This document shows, piece after piece, positions 34,543 through 46,434 of a stretch of DNA of 64,000 bases. The translations under genes and the position numbers were made by a program. This DNA is from Blepharisma stoltei ATCC 30299 (Eukaryota; Protista; Ciliophora), in the NCBI GenBank assembly GCA_965603825.1, contig CBFDEM010000051.1, positions 248,001 through 312,000 on the forward strand, given 5' to 3'. How positions within the stretch are numbered: the first letter of the stretch is position 1; every line of letters begins with the position of its first letter. Below the pieces are notes generated by a model, which was not told the origin of the DNA, did not search any database, and saw only the letters and a list, made by a program, of their open reading frames with translations.

Positions 34543-35868
34543 TTAACCGAATAAATCAAAGCCAAAATCATCAACTTCCTCCTGTGCTGGATTTTCAATT
34601 CTTACTTCTTCCAACCTATTTTCCTCTTCATTAGCATCTTCTTCGTTAGCATCAAATAAGTTTGCGAAAAATACTTCTTCATGAGCTTCCTCATTTTCAG
34701 CAAGAATTTCATCCCCTTCTTCAGCAAACATATTTGGAACATAGAACACCTCAGGATTGTGATTATGTACATGGTTAACTCTAGGTCGAGGTCTGTTAAC
34801 TCTTTGAGGTGCAGCTTGTGGAGCTTGCTGTGGAACTTGCTGTGGAACTTGCTGCGGAACTTGAGCTGGCTCTGGCTGAACAAGATCTTCTCCTTCTTCT
34901 TTGAACCAGTCTGGATTAAAAGGCTCAATATCTACGTCGCCTTCTACACCTGGTCTTTTAATTAAATGCTTATGTCTTGCATCATTATAATGTGGCCAGT
35001 GGTTGTAAGGAACATAAGGGTCAGGAATACCCTGAAGAGTATTGCAAGTATTTCCAAAAGGACCCTCAGTCTTATAGTGATTCCAGTGCAAATCTTCGCA
35101 TAAAATCTTACCACACTGATAACAAAACGGAAATTGGCCTTGGCACATTGGAGATTCGCATGGAATAAAGTTGCAGCCATCAATTCTCTCAACAGGGACA
35201 CCACAGCATGGGCACTGTTTCCATTCCATGCTGCCAAGCACATCTTGAAGCTCATTATCTTTTTCATGGTTTTCACATTCGACGCCAGGATGAACATCAC
35301 CTTTGCATTTTAAGCAAAAAACTCTCTTGCAAGCATTACAAGCCCCATTAGGCACATTTTCAATAATGTGTGCAAAACCTACGCAGTCTGGCTTAACACA
35401 CCAAACAGCCAAATTCTGGCTGACAAGGTCAAGACCGATTTTTCTTTGCTTAAATTTGTTGTATCGTGCAATTTCTTCTTCTGCTAATAGTGACAAGACA
35501 AAATCTTCTTTTAAATCGATATTGCAGTCTGGGCATTTATTTTCCAAAACGGATGAATTTAGGTTATTTGTGATGATTGCAATGACACAAGCTTTGCAAA
35601 ACTTGTGGGTGCATTCTAGTGTAAGTGGGTCTTGTTCTTCACAGTAGCAGACTCTGCATAGGTTTTCTATTGGGACGACTGGAACTGGAATTGGCTCTTG
35701 ATGAGCCTTGACTTCAGTGAGGATTTCAGAAATCTCGGCCAAAAGCTTTGGAAGTTCTGCACTGAAACCTTTCTGTAACATTGGAAGCTGAAACTCAGCT
35801 TCGTTGAAATCTGAAAATTGTTCATAAACAAGATCGATTTTTGGTATGTAATTGCTATGCACTAACAT
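34543..35868 (-). CDS. RBR (RING1-IBR-RING2) E3 ubiquitin ligase with PQQV repeats and an acidic tail
   Basis: CRVC..CTHKFCKAC..CPDC, WCVKPDC..CNAC..FCLKC..H and CPCC..ERIDGCNFIPC..FCYQC. Confidence 0.88.
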   Translation of the reverse strand: MLVHSNYIPKIDLVYEQFSDFNEAEFQLPMLQKGFSAELPKLLAEISEILTEVKAHQEPIPVPVVPIENLCRVCYCEEQDPLTLECTHKFCKACVIAIITNNLNSSVLENKCPDCNIDLKEDFVLSLLAEEEIARYNKFKQRKIGLDLVSQNLAVWCVKPDCVGFAHIIENVPNGACNACKRVFCLKCKGDVHPGVECENHEKDNELQDVLGSMEWKQCPCCGVPVERIDGCNFIPCESPMCQGQFPFCYQCGKILCEDLHWNHYKTEGPFGNTCNTLQGIPDPYVPYNHWPHYNDARHKHLIKRPGVEGDVDIEPFNPDWFKEEGEDLVQPEPAQVPQQVPQQVPQQAPQAAPQRVNRPRPRVNHVHNHNPEVFYVPNMFAEEGDEILAENEEAHEEVFFANLFDANEEDANEEENRLEEVRIENPAQEEVDDFGFDLFG

Positions 35869-36542
35869 ATTTCTGATACCATATTGACTACTATTAATTT
35901 TTTAAAACTGAACAGCCAATAAGATTTAAGATAGGAGACAAATTCTGATGAAGAAAATGGCAGCTTGGGACCCTATGATTTCTGAATTTTTTTACGCGCT
36001 AAAACTGTTTCATTTCTAATAAAATTTTTCGAATATTATTATATTTTGCATTTGTTTTAGTATAGTCTATCACTTTTGTACATTATAAATATTTAGAAAT
36101 CTTATATGATTAAATTTATGGTTTTTTGTTGGATAATTTAAAATATAGTTAAAGCTTATCAAATAAGATAGAAATAATTTGTAGTTTTAATAATCTTATA
36201 CAGAATGTTTCATATAGATTAAAAAGAAAGCTATCAAGGATATTATTGATTATCTATATAACTTCTAAAGATAAAAGAAAATTTAATAATAAATGTGCAA
36301 AGCATTGAGTTTTAAATTTTGAAGTGATATTATAATTTCTGGTTCTAAATCTTCTAAAATTTACCCTATTATAAAATTAAACTTCATCATAATTATTTTA
36401 ATTTAAGTCTTATTTCATTAATTATCGATATATCGATTAGCAAGACAAATAATATATATCTGAGCTCAATATTATCAATCTTTTCTAGATTTTGCCGATT
36501 TAAAAGTTTTAAAATTTTATAATAAAGACATCAATATAATAT

Positions 36543-38237
36543 TTATTCAATATTTCTACTTTTCCTCGATGCTGCACTTTGCGTTCGTTTCCCTTTAAGT
36601 CCTCTTCCAAGTTTTTCCGTTCTAATTAATTGTTCTCTTTTAGCTTTATCTTTGTCTCCCAGCTTATCCTCAATCTCTTCATCAATTCCTTCATCTGAGA
36701 GCTCCTCTTCTTCACGGGTTTGCATCTTAACCCTACAATTATTAGTATTCCCTCTTTCTAAAAATCCTTTTGAACTGCTGAGCTCAGGAATTGAATAAAT
36801 CGCTTGCAAAACTGACACATTTCTTTGCGCGGTATCAGTGAGTTTCGAAATCAGGCTACCTTCCTTTTCAAAGAGCCTGAAAACATCAGAAGTCTTCACC
36901 TGTCCATAAATAGTTATCATCTTCTGCTTGATCTGCACCAGAGCTTCTATCAAATTATCATCGGTAACAGGTATATTAGCTTGCCCTTCTATTTTTACTC
37001 CTTCTACTAGGTCAAAAATATGTTCAACACCTGCTTTAACATTGGTTAGAATGCTCATTAGCCTTTGAAACTTGGCTTTATTTTTATCATATTTCCCTGA
37101 TGCTTTATTTACATCTTCTTCAAGATCATCAAAATGTTTTCTGCTTTCAGTTTCACTGACAGCTGAATACTTTAAAGAGTCAACAAGCTTTTTAAGCTCT
37201 TGTTTTTGCTTGCTTAAATGTTCCAGTTTCTTCTGGTGCTCACTTCTTAAGCTTTCAAGGTTCGCTGCAGTGTCTTCTTGGGTCATGAATTTTTGGATGA
37301 CTTCGTTCACGTCAGTGACTCCAGTTGATTCTTTTATCCTTCTAAAAGCATCTTCATAGTCTTTAATTTTTTGCTTTTCTTCACGAGCTTGCTGATGGTG
37401 AAATGCCTCGTTGGCGATTCCTGCTGAAAGCCTACTCATGAACCCTTTAGATTCCTGCTCATCTTTTCCAGCTTTCTTGCGCTCTGCGATTTCTAGCTTT
37501 TGCGTCATTTCAATTCTTTGAGTGACTTCGTCTTTTTTTTCTTCAACGTTTTTTTCTCTTGTCATTCTTTCAACAGTTATTTGGGCTTCAAATCTGCAAA
37601 GCTCAGCTTCTGAAGTTTCTTTGGCGTGGTCTGCATCATGGCTTAGCAGTAAAAGCTCTTCAAAATCGTGCTCTTTTCCTTTTAGTGATCTTTCAATAGC
37701 TGCCAGCTGATTGTCATAAGCAACTCTTTCTTCTTTTAGTTGTTTAACGATTTGCTCATAGGTTTTTCTGATACTTTGGGCTTCATTGTATTTTATCATT
37801 GCTTTGTCTAAGCGGTTTTCTAAAATTCTGATTTGCCTCATTTGAGGGGCATCTTCATTTAGCATATTTCCTTTTTGGTCAGAGTTCATTTCTTTAAGCT
37901 TATCTTGTAGGATTTTAAGTTGGCTTTCTTTATCAGTTCCAAATCCTTTAAGCTGATCAAGCCTTCGTCGCATTTTTATGCCTTCAACAGTTTCATCTGA
38001 CTGAAGTAAAGTTCCAGCAGATGTGGGCTGCTTTGCTGAAGCTTTAAGCTGAGCACGGAGTTCTTTATGCTCTTTTTGAAGCTGAATGATAGTTTCTTCA
38101 TTTTGTTTTCGAGTCAAATTGAGATTTTCTATTGCTTTTTTGCGCTCGGCTTCCAAGTAACTTACTCTTTTTTGCAATTCTTCGAGCTCATCTTCTGGAG
38201 CTCCTGATTTTTCGTTTCTTGAAGGGGATCGATCCAT
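36543..38237 (-). CDS. Outer dynein arm docking complex coiled-coil protein (CCDC151/ODAD3-like)
   Basis: IRILENRLDKAMIKYNEAQSIRKTYEQI and YEDAFRRIKESTGVTDVNEVIQKF in a long coiled coil. Confidence 0.8.
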   Translation of the reverse strand: MDRSPSRNEKSGAPEDELEELQKRVSYLEAERKKAIENLNLTRKQNEETIIQLQKEHKELRAQLKASAKQPTSAGTLLQSDETVEGIKMRRRLDQLKGFGTDKESQLKILQDKLKEMNSDQKGNMLNEDAPQMRQIRILENRLDKAMIKYNEAQSIRKTYEQIVKQLKEERVAYDNQLAAIERSLKGKEHDFEELLLLSHDADHAKETSEAELCRFEAQITVERMTREKNVEEKKDEVTQRIEMTQKLEIAERKKAGKDEQESKGFMSRLSAGIANEAFHHQQAREEKQKIKDYEDAFRRIKESTGVTDVNEVIQKFMTQEDTAANLESLRSEHQKKLEHLSKQKQELKKLVDSLKYSAVSETESRKHFDDLEEDVNKASGKYDKNKAKFQRLMSILTNVKAGVEHIFDLVEGVKIEGQANIPVTDDNLIEALVQIKQKMITIYGQVKTSDVFRLFEKEGSLISKLTDTAQRNVSVLQAIYSIPELSSSKGFLERGNTNNCRVKMQTREEEELSDEGIDEEIEDKLGDKDKAKREQLIRTEKLGRGLKGKRTQSAASRKSRNIE

Positions 38238-38358
38238 TAAAGTATTTATATTAGAGTTTCATAAAGTTTAAATTCTTTTATTAACTAAATACTCTTAATA
38301 TTTAATAAAATGCTATTAAATTACTAATAAGCATTGATAAATCATATTAATGCCTTAT

Positions 38359-39919
38359 TTAAACTCTATTTTCAAGCCCTTCCACATTTGTCGATGTTAT
38401 AAGAATAGAAGCATCTTCAATATCATTAGGTTCTATATAAAAATTACTATCAAAAATCATGCAAAAGGCTTCAAAATTGATTGGTTCATTTTCGCTTAGC
38501 CCGAGGTCACAAAACATATTTTTGATATCTTTATCAGTAAGCTTCCACCCAGCCCTACTCATGGCTACTTTCAGCTTTTCTTTTGTAATCGCTCCTTCAT
38601 CATGAATATCAAAACTTTTAAACGCTAGTCACAAAGCATCCTTATTTTGAAGGAGTTTTTTGTCCATCGTCGCAGCAAGGAAATCCGAGTAATTTAGCAT
38701 CCCTGCTTCAGTCTGATCCAACCCCTTAATCAGATCTACATAAAGTTTACCCTCAACGTCCTCATCACTCAAATTAATCCCAACTTTTTTCAACCCTGCT
38801 TGCAAATCATTAGCTGTAATACGTCCTGTGTGCTGTGTGTCAAGCTCTCTAAAAATCTCATTCAATTCTTCAATTTCATTGATTTTTAAATAACGAATAC
38901 AGACATGCATTGTTTCTCGTATCAGCTGGTTTGCTTTGTTCCTTTGCCTTAAGCGCTGCATCACCTTTCGATGTATTTTTTGAGTTGTATGGCTAGTCCT
39001 CAGTTCAAATCACGAATGGTTAAGGGCTTCTTTTGAAGTGATTCTCAGTCTTGTCCTTGGCTCCAGCAGCCTTTTCAAAAGATCTTTGGCTTCACTTGAA
39101 AGCGTATCCCAATCTTCTCCTTCATGAGGGTACTTACAGCTTGCAATTTTTTTATAAATAGACGCATCTGAGTTTCCTTCAAAAGGAGCTCTTCCTAACA
39201 GCAGCATATACATGATAACCCCAATGCTCCATTCGTCGCACTCAGCTCCGTACTTATCATTCAAAACTTCAGGTGCCACATAGTAGGTACTCCCAACAAT
39301 AGTGTTCTGCCCAGCTTTATCACTCTCTAGCTTTTTGGCAAGGCCAAAGTCTATAATCTTGATTTCAGCGTCTTCACTTTTGGAGCTCAGCATGATATTT
39401 TCAGGCTTCAAATCTCTATGAATTATATTAAGACTATGCAGATGGCTAATTGCGCTCATTATGCAATAAATAATTTTCGCTGCATCTGCTTCTTTATACC
39501 TATGCCTCTTCATCAGCTGCTCAAACAGCTCTCCTCCTGCACAATGCTCCATAACCATATAGATATACTTGTCATCTTCATAGACTTCGTATAATTTTAC
39601 TATATTTGGGTGGTTAACTGTCATTAGTAAAGAAAGCTCTCTCTGCAAAAGATGATTTTGGTGGAAAATCGTGCGCTTTTCAATGCACTTTATAGCATAC
39701 TCTTGCGAATCTTTAGTGTCTTTTCTTACAGCTCTGTTAACGGACCCAAAATGCCCTGTACCTAGTAACTCTTGAATGTCATAGAATTTATGAATGTCTA
39801 AAATTAGGGTTACTCTCGTTAATTATTTTGATGCCAGCTTCTTCGCCAACTGTTTTCTTGCTAGGCAAGGTCTTTCTGATTGGTTTCTTTTTTTTATCTT
39901 CTGAAATGCAGCATCCCAT
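38359..39919 (-). CDS. Calcium-dependent protein kinase (CDPK)
   Basis: MGCC start. 16-nt intron 39798-39813 (GTAACCCTAATTTTAG) and a probable 15-nt intron 38736-38750. TGA=Trp at 39010 and 38629. Kinase domain followed by EF-hands. Confidence 0.9.
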
Positions 39920-39948
39920 TTTAGTATAAAGCTAGTTATTCTAATAAA

Positions 39949-42501
39949 TTACTCAGGCACGAAATTAGGGTTTTTCTTTAAAATGATGAAGTTTTCTAAC
40001 ACCTCTGCATAAGGGATGTACTCTTCGGTGGCTAGTTCTGCACGCTCACCATATGCAAGGAGGACAGGAGTTGTGTGTGTCTGGAAACCTGTAATTGTGC
40101 GGGGGTTTCCGGCCTGTCCTACAGTATCAACAGCTTGGCCGACTCGAACTTGGACTGAAAGAGGCTGGAGGTTTTCATCAAGGGTTACCAGCATTCTTGG
40201 GTAAATTGCGCAGGCTAAGTAAAAGAGAAGATATTGCCCATGACCCTGGATTAGCTGATCTGTGTTTAACATTGTGTGGAGGACTGTCAAAATTCCTCCT
40301 AACGCAACTGGAGATAATAAATATCTTTCAGAATGATAAGGATCGAGCGTCATAAGTCCTTTCCCCATATGTAAAAGCCCTTGAGCAATTCTAACCATGA
40401 AAAGCTGGTTATCTTCATTAGCATAAAACCCTGCAAGCTGTCTCAAAGTTCCTGCAAGTCTTGAATTATTTGTCCCAGCCCCGACCATTCCAATTGCAAA
40501 TATTGCAGCTTGAGCCACTTGGGAGTCTACGTCGTGTGAAAGTTTTACAAGAAGATCAATAACGTTGACCTTAGGGTTGCTAATGCACAATAGAGCAATA
40601 GCCAAAGGAGTGGCACGTCTGATATTTAAATCCCCATATTGTAGCAAGTGGTCAAATGACCGGAGAGCCATTTCTATACCTACATTTTCTCCCATTGCTA
40701 TAAGGGAAAACCCAAGGACAGCTACCATTTGATGCATCCATTCTTTTTCATCTAGATGTTCGGCACAAACTTGCAGCATTTCTTGGACCTTAAGGACGTT
40801 TCCTGAGCCAGCATAGGCACAGCTTTCAGCAGTCAATAGTGCGTATTTTTTCATAGGAGCAGGAACGAATTCTTCTATGATTGATAAAGTTGTTTGAATC
40901 CTATCTTGCTGTCCTAAGAACACTAATCCTATACCTAAAGCAAAGAAGCGGGCGTAAGGACTTGACAGCTCAGTTTCACTTCTTTCCATAAGGGTTTGCA
41001 AAATGACTTGGGCGACGTCATCGTTGCAAGTCCCAGCAAATACTAGGCCAAGACCTAAAGCTGCAAGAGCTGAGGACTCTAAAGACACCGAAGTATCAAT
41101 TACAAGTGGGCTTAGCACTTCTAACACATCTTCTCTTCCTGATCCAGCATATGCCATTGACAGCCCAGCTATAATTCCTACTCTAAGCTTATCGTTTGCA
41201 GCATCTAAGCCTTCAGTCAGCAAAGCAAATGCTGGGTCGCATTCATTTTTGATCCCTGCATTTACCATGCCAAAAGCCATGAGCGCTCCAGACCTAATAA
41301 AATCATCTCTTGAGTACTGATACTTATCAATTCTGGTCATTCCTTCATCCACATTCCACAATAAAATAAGTCCTAAAGACGCAGCTGCAGTCATGAGACC
41401 CCATTCTTTGTGTCTAAAAACCCATTTTTTTTCTTCGTTAAAAACAAGGGCATCATTACAATACCCAGCATTGACAAAGGCATTCACAATTGTCGATGCC
41501 AAATTCTGTTTGTGGGAGTCAAGCTGGCCTCCTTGAGCTCCTCTTCCTCTTTCTTCTAAGTGGGATTTATAAATATCTTCAGGGATTTTAGGCTCTAGGA
41601 CTTCAAGATCAGTGGCTAACTTAATAAACGCTTCATTCATAAACTCATTTGAAATAATTTTTGTTAAATCGTCGTCTTCTATCTGATAGTTCACCCTTTG
41701 TCTGGCCAGCTGATAACACATTTGTTTCTTTGCAATGGGATCTGTGCAAGACTCCATTGCTTCATTTATTACTTCTGGTCTGTTTATTTTCAAAGCAATT
41801 CTTAATGCTTCAGGGAATTTCCCAGCTTTTATATAGCACTTAAAGCAGACGTAAAGGGTTTTGTACATTTCATCAGGATCAGCTGCATAGAGAGCCATAC
41901 CTTGGTTGTACTGACAAATTCGCTTATAGTTGTCTATTTCTATATATTCTGGTAGCTTTTCAAGGCAGTCAACTTCAGATAAAAGGTCAATTGCTTCAAA
42001 CTCAGAACTATGCTTTACTAAGAACGGGACAATGATATCGACGATCCTTAATAAATCTGCTCTGTCCTTTTCTTGGCTCATTCTTGATAAATATTCATCT
42101 CTGATCTCCCCACACAAATTCCTGACATATTCTTGACCCCATTTAGTGGCGGCATCTTGATTGCCCTGAAGAAGGAATTGGAGACTTTCTTTTTCATCTG
42201 GGGCACTCATAGTGACTGCAAGAATGGAAAGGAAGTTGGCAAGGTCTTTTTTGAAAGGAGAATTGGATAAGCTGGAATAGAAAGTTTTTATAGAAGAATA
42301 ATGCGGTTTCAGGAATTTCAAAGGCTTTGGAATTGATGTCATAGAAGTTGTTGCGCTCTGGACTTCTGTTTCGAGAGCTTTTAGTGAAGATTCTGCTGAT
42401 GAAAGGTCCTGGAGTTTTTGAACAAGCAAATCAAGCTTGTCTTTTAGTGCTTGGTCCTCTTCTGAGAGATCAGAAGTGATTTTATCTTTTGAGTCAGCCA
42501 T
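39949..42501 (-). CDS. RPN1: 26S proteasome regulatory subunit RPN1/PSMD2
   Basis: TSMTSIPKPLKFL, NLASTIVNAFVNAG, PC repeats and VRVGQAVDTVGQAG...ITGFQTHTTPV. Confidence 0.97.
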   Translation of the reverse strand: MADSKDKITSDLSEEDQALKDKLDLLVQKLQDLSSAESSLKALETEVQSATTSMTSIPKPLKFLKPHYSSIKTFYSSLSNSPFKKDLANFLSILAVTMSAPDEKESLQFLLQGNQDAATKWGQEYVRNLCGEIRDEYLSRMSQEKDRADLLRIVDIIVPFLVKHSSEFEAIDLLSEVDCLEKLPEYIEIDNYKRICQYNQGMALYAADPDEMYKTLYVCFKCYIKAGKFPEALRIALKINRPEVINEAMESCTDPIAKKQMCYQLARQRVNYQIEDDDLTKIISNEFMNEAFIKLATDLEVLEPKIPEDIYKSHLEERGRGAQGGQLDSHKQNLASTIVNAFVNAGYCNDALVFNEEKKWVFRHKEWGLMTAAASLGLILLWNVDEGMTRIDKYQYSRDDFIRSGALMAFGMVNAGIKNECDPAFALLTEGLDAANDKLRVGIIAGLSMAYAGSGREDVLEVLSPLVIDTSVSLESSALAALGLGLVFAGTCNDDVAQVILQTLMERSETELSSPYARFFALGIGLVFLGQQDRIQTTLSIIEEFVPAPMKKYALLTAESCAYAGSGNVLKVQEMLQVCAEHLDEKEWMHQMVAVLGFSLIAMGENVGIEMALRSFDHLLQYGDLNIRRATPLAIALLCISNPKVNVIDLLVKLSHDVDSQVAQAAIFAIGMVGAGTNNSRLAGTLRQLAGFYANEDNQLFMVRIAQGLLHMGKGLMTLDPYHSERYLLSPVALGGILTVLHTMLNTDQLIQGHGQYLLFYLACAIYPRMLVTLDENLQPLSVQVRVGQAVDTVGQAGNPRTITGFQTHTTPVLLAYGERAELATEEYIPYAEVLENFIILKKNPNFVPE

Positions 42502-42707
42502 TTTTATAAGAAAGTTTATGTGAAAGTTTAGATGAAAATTTTGGACTGATTTCGATAAAATTAGGAAAATAATTTGGTTTTATGTGGTTAGAATAAGTAA
42601 ATAGCTACTAATCAAAGATTAATGATTATTAAAAAGATAAATAAATCAATGAAAACTTGTGTCTGAAAATCTTATAAAAGCAGCTGAAGAAATGCATGCT
42701 AAGTTTA

Positions 42708-42764
42708 TGGATCAGAACTAAATTCCTCAATAATCAGATCAGGTCTGTGGGGTTCATCATAAAA
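42708..42764 (-). ncRNA. Box C/D snoRNA, U25/snR56-like; predicted 2'-O-methylation of 18S G at 53690
   Basis: C box AUGAUGA 42760-42754. Guide CACAGACCUG is complementary to 18S 53688-53697. D' CUGA, C' UUGAGGA, D CUGA 42715-42712. D'+5 hits the yeast G1428 equivalent. Confidence 0.87.
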
Positions 42765-43104
42765 CATTTCCAGCATTTTAATTATTATAGCCATTTTATC
42801 AAATATCTATCATACAAATTTTTATCAAGATAACTTAAAAGTTCTCTTTTTATTAGCATGTTTAATAATTATAGTTTTGGCTAGGTTTTTTTTTATTGAG
42901 CAAGAATCTGTTAAGATTATATTATTAATAGAATTTCATCTTTTAGATCATTTAATAAAAAATAAAAGTTATTTGCAGGCGAACAAAATATTCCTCTCTA
43001 TAATTTGCTAGTTAAGACAAATACCTTGATAATAAAAAGGCGGGAAATTACTTATTTTCATACAGAATAATTACTGGAATTTTGCTTTTTCATTATTTAT
43101 TAAT

Positions 43105-44063
43105 ATGAAGAAAAATCTAACACTATCGCCGCCCAAGAAAATGATTCAAATATTGCAAAGGCACACTCCTGAGCCAGCAATATTAAAGGAAGATGGAGAA
43201 ATCGAGCATATTAAGCAGCTGGATACCAGAAGATATTCAAATCGATTAATGTAAAAGTTATTAATAGACGTTATCGATCGAAAAAGCAAGAAAATCTAGT
43301 AAGGCAAAAACGCTTGAAAGCTGAAAAGACGAATTTTTTGAATGTTCCACCTCTTAAAAAGCTGCAAGATTCAGAGGCCAACACAAATGCTGTATTTTTA
43401 GAAAACGATTATTCATATAATAATTCATTGGACGATTCTTTTACTTATATTCCAAGAACAAATATAATTAAGGCTATTAAAGATAGAGAAAAAGAATATG
43501 AAGCAGAAATAATCCAATTCCTTGGAAAATTAAAAGAACCTCCAAAATTACTTGATATCTCAAGAACCCGAACAGAAGCATCACCGTCAATGATGTTAAA
43601 AAAAGAAATCGCACCAAAGATCAAAACGAGTAAAACCCCATCGCCAATATCAAAAATTGTCACAACTTCTCCATCGCCACCACCTATAGAAAAACTCAAG
43701 CCTAAAAAGCAGCCTTATAAGAAAAAGAGATCTAAATCTTCAATGGACTTCAGAAACAAAAACAAAAGCAAGCATTCTTGAGCAGAAGATCTGGTAAAAA
43801 TTGACAAAGAAGAGCTAAAATTAAAGAGAACTATAAAGCAGCTCAATAATAAATGCAAAATGATAATAGAAAAGACAAAACACCACACCCCTCCGCCACT
43901 TTCTAGTACAATTATTGATAAAAAGCAGGATTTACTTGACAAATCTATTTTAAATATTAGTCGAACTATCAGAAATCTTTCAAATAAATGCAAACTTAAA
44001 TTCGATAAGCTCTCTCACATCATAAAGAGCCCAAAGCACAACATCGTTCGGCTTCGAAAATAA
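43105..44063 (+). CDS. Hypothetical basic low-complexity protein (313 aa)
   Basis: ATG 43105. The 17-nt intron 43251-43267 (GTAAAAGTTATTAATAG) restores the frame. TGA=Trp at 43779. Confidence 0.6.
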
Positions 44064-44092
44064 TTAGCTAATTAAATAACGCTAACTTTACA

Positions 44093-45074
44093 TTATTCTC
44101 TGCTGCTGTCACTCTTACTCATTTCAATTTCTATTGAATTTGGGCTCAAATGTTTAGCCTGCTCAGAACTGAGAAGTGCTCTTAGATTGAATCTGCTTTT
44201 TTTATTCCTTCAAAACATACATTTTTTTGACCCTTTATTTCCTCTAATTCTTTCTTTTGTTGTTTCTCCTGTCAAGCACAAGGAAAAATGAAAAATGCAT
44301 AAAATGCCAATTAATATTGTCAGTATAGACAACGCCAAACTTAAAATTACAGTAATTATAAGAACGACTTCTGTTTGGTTTATAACTATATAGAATTTTA
44401 CTTGTGTCGTCGTAGTCGCCTGGCTTATAAAAGAGAAAAGCCAAGAACCCTGAAATATCAATGAGCCCCAGCATCATTAAGTGAGTTACAAAAACAAAAA
44501 AATAAAAATAGTTTCTAGCACCTATACAATTGTTCAGATAGGGACAATGGTGATCAAACAGTTCTACACAGTTATTGCACTTCGTACAGTGATGAGATCT
44601 AGGGGGTCTATAAATTTCGCATGTTTGGCAGAATTTATACAAAGGCCCATCTTCGGTAAAAATCACATCTGCTGTAAATTCCTTTGGAACTCCTCCAAGA
44701 GCCTCGAAAACATTTCGCCGTGGGATTATGCCTGGCTCTGTAAATACTGTGAGGAAATAAAAGCATATGCAGGCAACATATGTGTAGCCTGAAAGAATTG
44801 GTATTACAATGCTAACATTTTCTCAGAGATAATTTGCGATTAATAGAAAAAAACCTGATGGGATTACAATCAGGACAGCTATTGTGCAGTAAAAGTGGAG
44901 ATTATCACAGTGAGGTCCGAGCATAAATTTTCCCTTAAAGAGAAATCGATTGTTTCCAGGCCAAAGTTCTCATAAATACTTATTGAACAATTCTGGAGGA
45001 AGTGATGGAAAGTCAAATGTTTTATTTGTATTTGGCTCTCTTTGTTCAAGATTATCATCCTTGCTTATGCTCAT
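44093..45074 (-). CDS. DHHC palmitoyl-acyltransferase (ERF2/ZDHHC9-like, 321 aa)
   Basis: [44 protein letters not shown] and TTKE. 16-nt intron 44386-44401 and three TGA=Trp. Confidence 0.92.
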
Positions 45075-45286
45075 ATGATTATATTGTAATTTAATATAAA
45101 AATTATTTAGCAACTTATATGGCATTTATTAAGTACAAAAAATCCATAGAAATTGGGCAACATAAATAAAATCTATTCTGGAGAAATTGGCAATTTATTA
45201 ATGTTTATTCTCTAATGGAATATTTTTGCGATTAATAAAAAATGAAGATAAAGTAAAGCTAATATAATCATCCATATTTAGAACTG

Positions 45287-46093
45287 ATGAAAATAGCCCA
45301 TAAGAGAACTAACTCACTTAATGAAACTACATTTTCTATTATACAGCCAATAAAAAAGCAAGATATATCAATTTTGACCCAAAATGAAATACTCACACAG
45401 CATAAAAACCAATCTCCAAGAAATTCTTCCAAAAGTTCTCTTCCTTTTCTTCATAATATCCCAAGAGAAAAAGAAGAAATGCGAAACAGAGAAAAATCAA
45501 TCAGAAAGCATATTTTAAAAGAAATGAGCAAGCTGCAAACAATTGACAAAGAAACTATTTCAAGTCGTTTTATGCATATTTCCAGTAATTCAATGACAAA
45601 TATTACTCTTCCTCGAGTAAATTCCATAATTTCACCAATTAAATGTCTAGGCCTAGAAAAGCCTTTTGAATCGATTGCTACAGAAAAAAAAAATCGAAAG
45701 TTTAAACTTTCATTAAGTCCTAAAAAAGCAATAAATTCAATTAAAAGGTTTGAAATAAAGCCGATTTCCCTTTTAAATAAACTTGATAAAACGATTGAGG
45801 ATTTTAGTTATAAATCAAGTAATATCAATACGGAGCTGAATCTAATTGACAAAATTGGGAAAAGATTGTCTCTTCCTGATTTAGATGAAGTAGATAAATA
45901 TGAAGTCCCGATTAAATACTTAAAAGATATTGAAAAAACTATGAAAGGTGATTTTCTGCAACTGATTTTTGAAGAAAAAGATGCGAGCTATTCAGCAAAG
46001 ATGGCGAAAAAGAAAAATATTTGAAGACAGGACATAAAGCTGCTCAAAAAAGATACAGACGCAGTTTTGAACTCAGTAATGAATAGAAATTAA
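45287..46093 (+). CDS. Hypothetical protein (268 aa)
   Basis: The ORF extends through TGA 46022 to TAA 46091. Confidence 0.6.
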
Positions 46094-46434
46094 TAAACTC
46101 GCAATTTTATTATTTTTTATTTTCAGTAAGGAATATTTCAAATATTTTTATTAACCAAGTGATTTAATAAAGAACTAAGAATTTATTAAAAGATTAGAGC
46201 TTTCGGTTAAATATCTATGCAATTGCAATATAACAGATCAGCTTTATTCATTTCATTCACATATCAAGTATAGTGATTTAAGAGCAGACATATTGCGCTG
46301 GATTTAATTTGACTAAATAAATCTCTAAGCCAATGAAAAATGCCTTAATCCATTAATTATTGATATTATGAAACATTTTCAATATATTCCGATAGCATAA
46401 ATCAATCAATTTGAATTTTTTTTAAATAATAAAT

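Noticed and set aside
35941-35990. CTGATGA...CTGA with a short terminal stem (possible snoRNA)
   Set aside because: It is very short, the best rRNA complementarity is about 9 nt with a G-U pair, and it is not in register with a D or D' box.
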